Assembly (NCBI GenBank): GCA_963702005.1
Contig: OY969696.1
Span: forward strand, 2,784,001-2,848,000
Source: Candidatus Aminicenantes bacterium
Lineage (GTDB): Bacteria > Acidobacteriota > Aminicenantia > Aminicenantales > JAFGBC01
DNA: 64,000 nt
Reading direction: 5' to 3'
Part shown: in pieces, positions 63,530 to 64,000 of the stretch
How positions within the stretch are numbered: position 1 is the first letter of the stretch
Layout of the letters: each line of letters opens with the position of its first letter
The notes under the pieces: generated by a model
The model's input: only the letters and a program-made list of their open reading frames with translations
Told to the model about the DNA's origin: nothing
Database searches by the model: none
Made by a program: the position numbers and the translations under genes

Positions 63530-64000
63530 ATGAAGCGCATTGCTATTGCAGTCAGCGTTGTAGTCTTGGCCCTCGCCGTCGCCGTCCAGGCGCAAACCCT
63601 GGCACAGACAAAGAGCGGGGGCGTGGAACAAGAGCTGATTAAGCTGGAGAACGAGTGGGCTGACGCCTGGGTTAAGCGCGACGTCGCATTCTTTGACCGG
63701 ATTATAGCAGATGACTATACGTGGACGTCCCCCGAAGGCATCGTCTGGACCAAGGCCCAGGACCTTGCACTCGTAAAGTCTGGGAAGGACGTGATTACGT
63801 CCTGGGTTCTCGCTGAGATAAAGGTTCGCGTTTATGGAGACGCGGCGGTGGTCACTGGCCGCAGCACGGTCAAAGAAACGTATAAAGGCGAGGATGTCAG
63901 TGGTCAGTATCGATGGACGCATACCTGGGTCAAGCGTGCTGGACGTTGGCAGTGCGTGGCCGGGCATAGTTCGGAGACAGCCCAGAAACAGAGCATCGGC
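63530..64000 (+). CDS. Exported NTF2-like/DUF4440 protein (partial, runs off right edge)
   Basis: Not in the ORF track. Manual translation: MKRIAIAVSVVVLALAVAVQA...LENEWADAWVKRD...VRVYGDAAVVTG...YRWTHTWVKRAGRWQCVAGHSS. Confidence 0.85.
   Translation, partial: MKRIAIAVSVVVLALAVAVQAQTLAQTKSGGVEQELIKLENEWADAWVKRDVAFFDRIIADDYTWTSPEGIVWTKAQDLALVKSGKDVITSWVLAEIKVRVYGDAAVVTGRSTVKETYKGEDVSGQYRWTHTWVKRAGRWQCVAGHSSETAQKQSIG

Noticed and set aside
63443-63967. 174-aa minus-strand ORF from the track
   Set aside because: It is the shadow of the plus-strand DUF4440-like gene, which has an RBS and signal peptide.

Overview
High-GC bacterial chromosome segment. The gene content (M14 and M1 peptidases, a VPS10/BNR-repeat protein, a DUF5916-type protein, many TPR and membrane proteins) resembles Acidobacteriota/Aminicenantia; this is inference only. 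Most of the window is housekeeping: an OmpR/PhoR-type two-component pair, folK, cysS, hrcA-grpE-dnaK-dnaJ-rsmE, ilvE-pilT-alaS, tRNA-Leu(TAG)-tig-clpP-clpX-lon-rho, and tldD/pmbA. There is one complete IS481-family element, a frameshifted amino-acid symporter and a saccharopine-dehydrogenase remnant. Five parts are unusual. (1) An AT-rich island at about 42.9-45.4 kb carries a XerCD dif-like site 68 bp downstream of a parA-parB pair; upstream of parA lie four consecutive hairpins and a perfect 16-bp palindrome (TGTCGGCATGCCGACA) shaped like parS. This may be a terminus-associated ParABS-like system. (2) A five-gene, split methionine-synthase-like corrinoid system uses a non-pyrrolysine MttB-family enzyme. 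(3) TldD carries a Tat-like signal. (4) A ~265-nt rod-shaped element at 57.2-57.5 kb has a 62-bp inverted partial copy at 62.6 kb. (5) A 73-bp module with two palindromes and an RBS is repeated in front of two consecutive cassette-like genes at the right end. All calls come from reading the sequence; no searches were run.
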